Assembly (NCBI RefSeq): GCF_011745625.1
Contig: NW_027191452.1
Coordinates: 620,001-684,000 of the forward strand
DNA length: 64,000 nt
Reading direction: 5' to 3'
Source of the DNA: Cladosporium halotolerans
Taxonomy: Eukaryota
A model generated the notes under the pieces. The model was not told the origin of the DNA. It worked only from the letters and a program-made list of their open reading frames with translations, and did no database searches. Numbering within the stretch: the stretch's first letter is position 1; each line of letters begins with the position of its first letter. A program made the translations under genes and the position numbers. Shown piece after piece: positions 62,550 to 64,000 of this stretch.

Positions 62550-63214
62550 CTAAGCCTTGAACTCAGCCTCGATGGCGCCCTTGATGGATGCGGGCTTGGT
62601 GGTGCTCGCCCACCTGCCCTTGACCTGGCCGTCCTTGCCAATGAGGAACTTCTCGAAGTTCCACTTGATACGCTGCAGGCCCATGATGCCGGGCTTCTCC
62701 TTCTTCATCCACTCCCACACAGGTTCGGGGCTGTCGCCGTTGACCTCGGTCTTGCCCAGGACCTTGTAGGTGACCTTGTGGCCGATGACGCAGAAGTTCT
62801 GGATCTCCTCGTTGGTGCCCGGGTCCTGGTTGTTGAACTGGTTGCAGGGGAAGGCGAGGATCTCGAAGTCGTTGGGGTGGGCGGCCTTGACGTCTGTTTG
62901 GATCGCGGGGTTAGTCACTGCTCTGCGGGCTGGCACAAGGTGGGGCTGGCGTCGTTACCTTTGTAGAGAGCCTCGAGGTCGTCGAGCTGGGGAGTGAAGC
63001 CACACTTGCTGGCGGTGTTGACGACGAGGACGACCTTGCCCTTGAGGTTGGCGAGCGGGTAGGCCGCTCCCTTGTCGTCCTTAGGCTTGAAGTCGTAGAA
63101 GCTGGTCGCGGAAGACATGGTTCTCGTAGCTGTGCGGAAAGCTGGTCTGGCGAGGGAGATGTTTTGGGCGAAGGCAAAAGTTGATTTCTGGCAAAGGCGG
63201 GTTATTGTAAACAT
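62550..63214 (-). CDS. HYR1: Glutathione/thioredoxin peroxidase (Hyr1/Gpx3-type, Cys active site); intron 62894-62958; ATGs at 63214 and 63118
   Basis: [27 protein letters not shown] and [10 protein letters not shown]. Confidence 0.92.
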
Positions 63215-63743
63215 AGAATGACGCGAGAGGGGTGGTCTGATTGTGATTACATATAAAGGGGAGGGCAGAGACTTCTGGAATCGTTAAGCGCGCATGGTCT
63301 ATCCGCACCACGCCACGATAGAGCTCTGCACCGAGGCATGTGAAGCGTCGTCATACGAGCCTCAGGCAGCAAGGCAGGCAGGCGTACTGGCAGTGGGTGC
63401 CTCGGCAGCCGCTCCGCGCCCTGACGAAGGAGTGGGCGCAGGCGGCCTCGCTGCCTCGCCTTTACCCCAGACGCGCCCGGGCAAGTCGGGCGGCGCGTAA
63501 AGGTCGTCGACGAGGCTGCCTGTCAAGCCTGTGATACACGGCATACACTCGCCTTCGCTGATGCCAACGCAAGGCGGACAGTGCGCAGTGGATCGCGACA
63601 CCGCATACCAAGCCCCAGCCTATTTTTCTTGTCTTAACGCTTCTCGTCCAACTCCCTCCCTCCTAGCAATGTACGATCTGCGATAGGCTTGTTCGCCTCC
63701 GTCTTTCATCGAAATCTACATACTATCGCATTCTACAACGACC

Positions 63744-64000
63744 ATGGCGGAACTACGCCCCGATGCTTCGCGCGACGACGTTGAGGAGGAACTCTTCTTC
63801 CAAGATATCCTCATCTCAAGTCTGGACCCAGGCGCAGACGATTTTTCGGACCGCTTGTCAGCAATAGAGAATATCAAGGTAGATCTGCAGCGTCGTTTGG
63901 AGGCTTTTGACGCTATGGGCGTAACCGACATGGATGGCTCTGCTGAGTCAAGGGGCCTTGGTCCTGGCCATCAGAATCTTGCCGGAAGCTCTTCAAACCA
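63744..64000 (+). CDS. 5' end of a protein-coding gene running off the window; product unknown
   Basis: ACC ATG G context; frame is open to the window end (MAELRPDASRDDVEEELFFQDILISSLD...). Confidence 0.65.
   Translation, partial: MAELRPDASRDDVEEELFFQDILISSLDPGADDFSDRLSAIENIKVDLQRRLEAFDAMGVTDMDGSAESRGLGPGHQNLAGSSSN

Overview
Gene-dense, intron-containing genomic DNA of a filamentous ascomycete. Intron signals and codon use suggest a Pezizomycotina species, possibly a Dothideomycete; the organism is an inference. It holds about 25 mostly housekeeping protein genes: 3' end of trifunctional TrpC/TRP1, syntaxin SSO, a conserved small hypothetical protein, KTI12, DBP5, BZZ1, SUN-family glucanase, ARP2, SDH6, GH72 GEL/GAS, a 937-aa Ser/Pro-rich protein, DHA1 MFS transporter, C2H2 transcription factor, GH36 alpha-galactosidase, SNU13, VMA3, SFA1, SMP/LEA-like protein, NmrA-like protein, Yox1-like homeobox, flavin amine oxidase, NFS1, RVS167, GPX and the 5' end of one more gene. 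Two intron-containing tRNAs are present (Pro-CGG, Gly-GCC). I saw no transposon, CRISPR array or secondary-metabolite cluster. The best unannotated signal is a box C/D snoRNA inside the NFS1 intron, with a 13-nt perfect guide to the 5' domain of 18S rRNA. Other leads are clustered Ssd1-type CNYTCNYT motifs upstream of both cell-wall genes, an AUG-free ~670-nt leader with an adjacent structured region, a decayed pseudogene beside the MFS gene, and a probable dual-targeted GPX. Exon boundaries were read by eye and are approximate until checked by RNA-seq.
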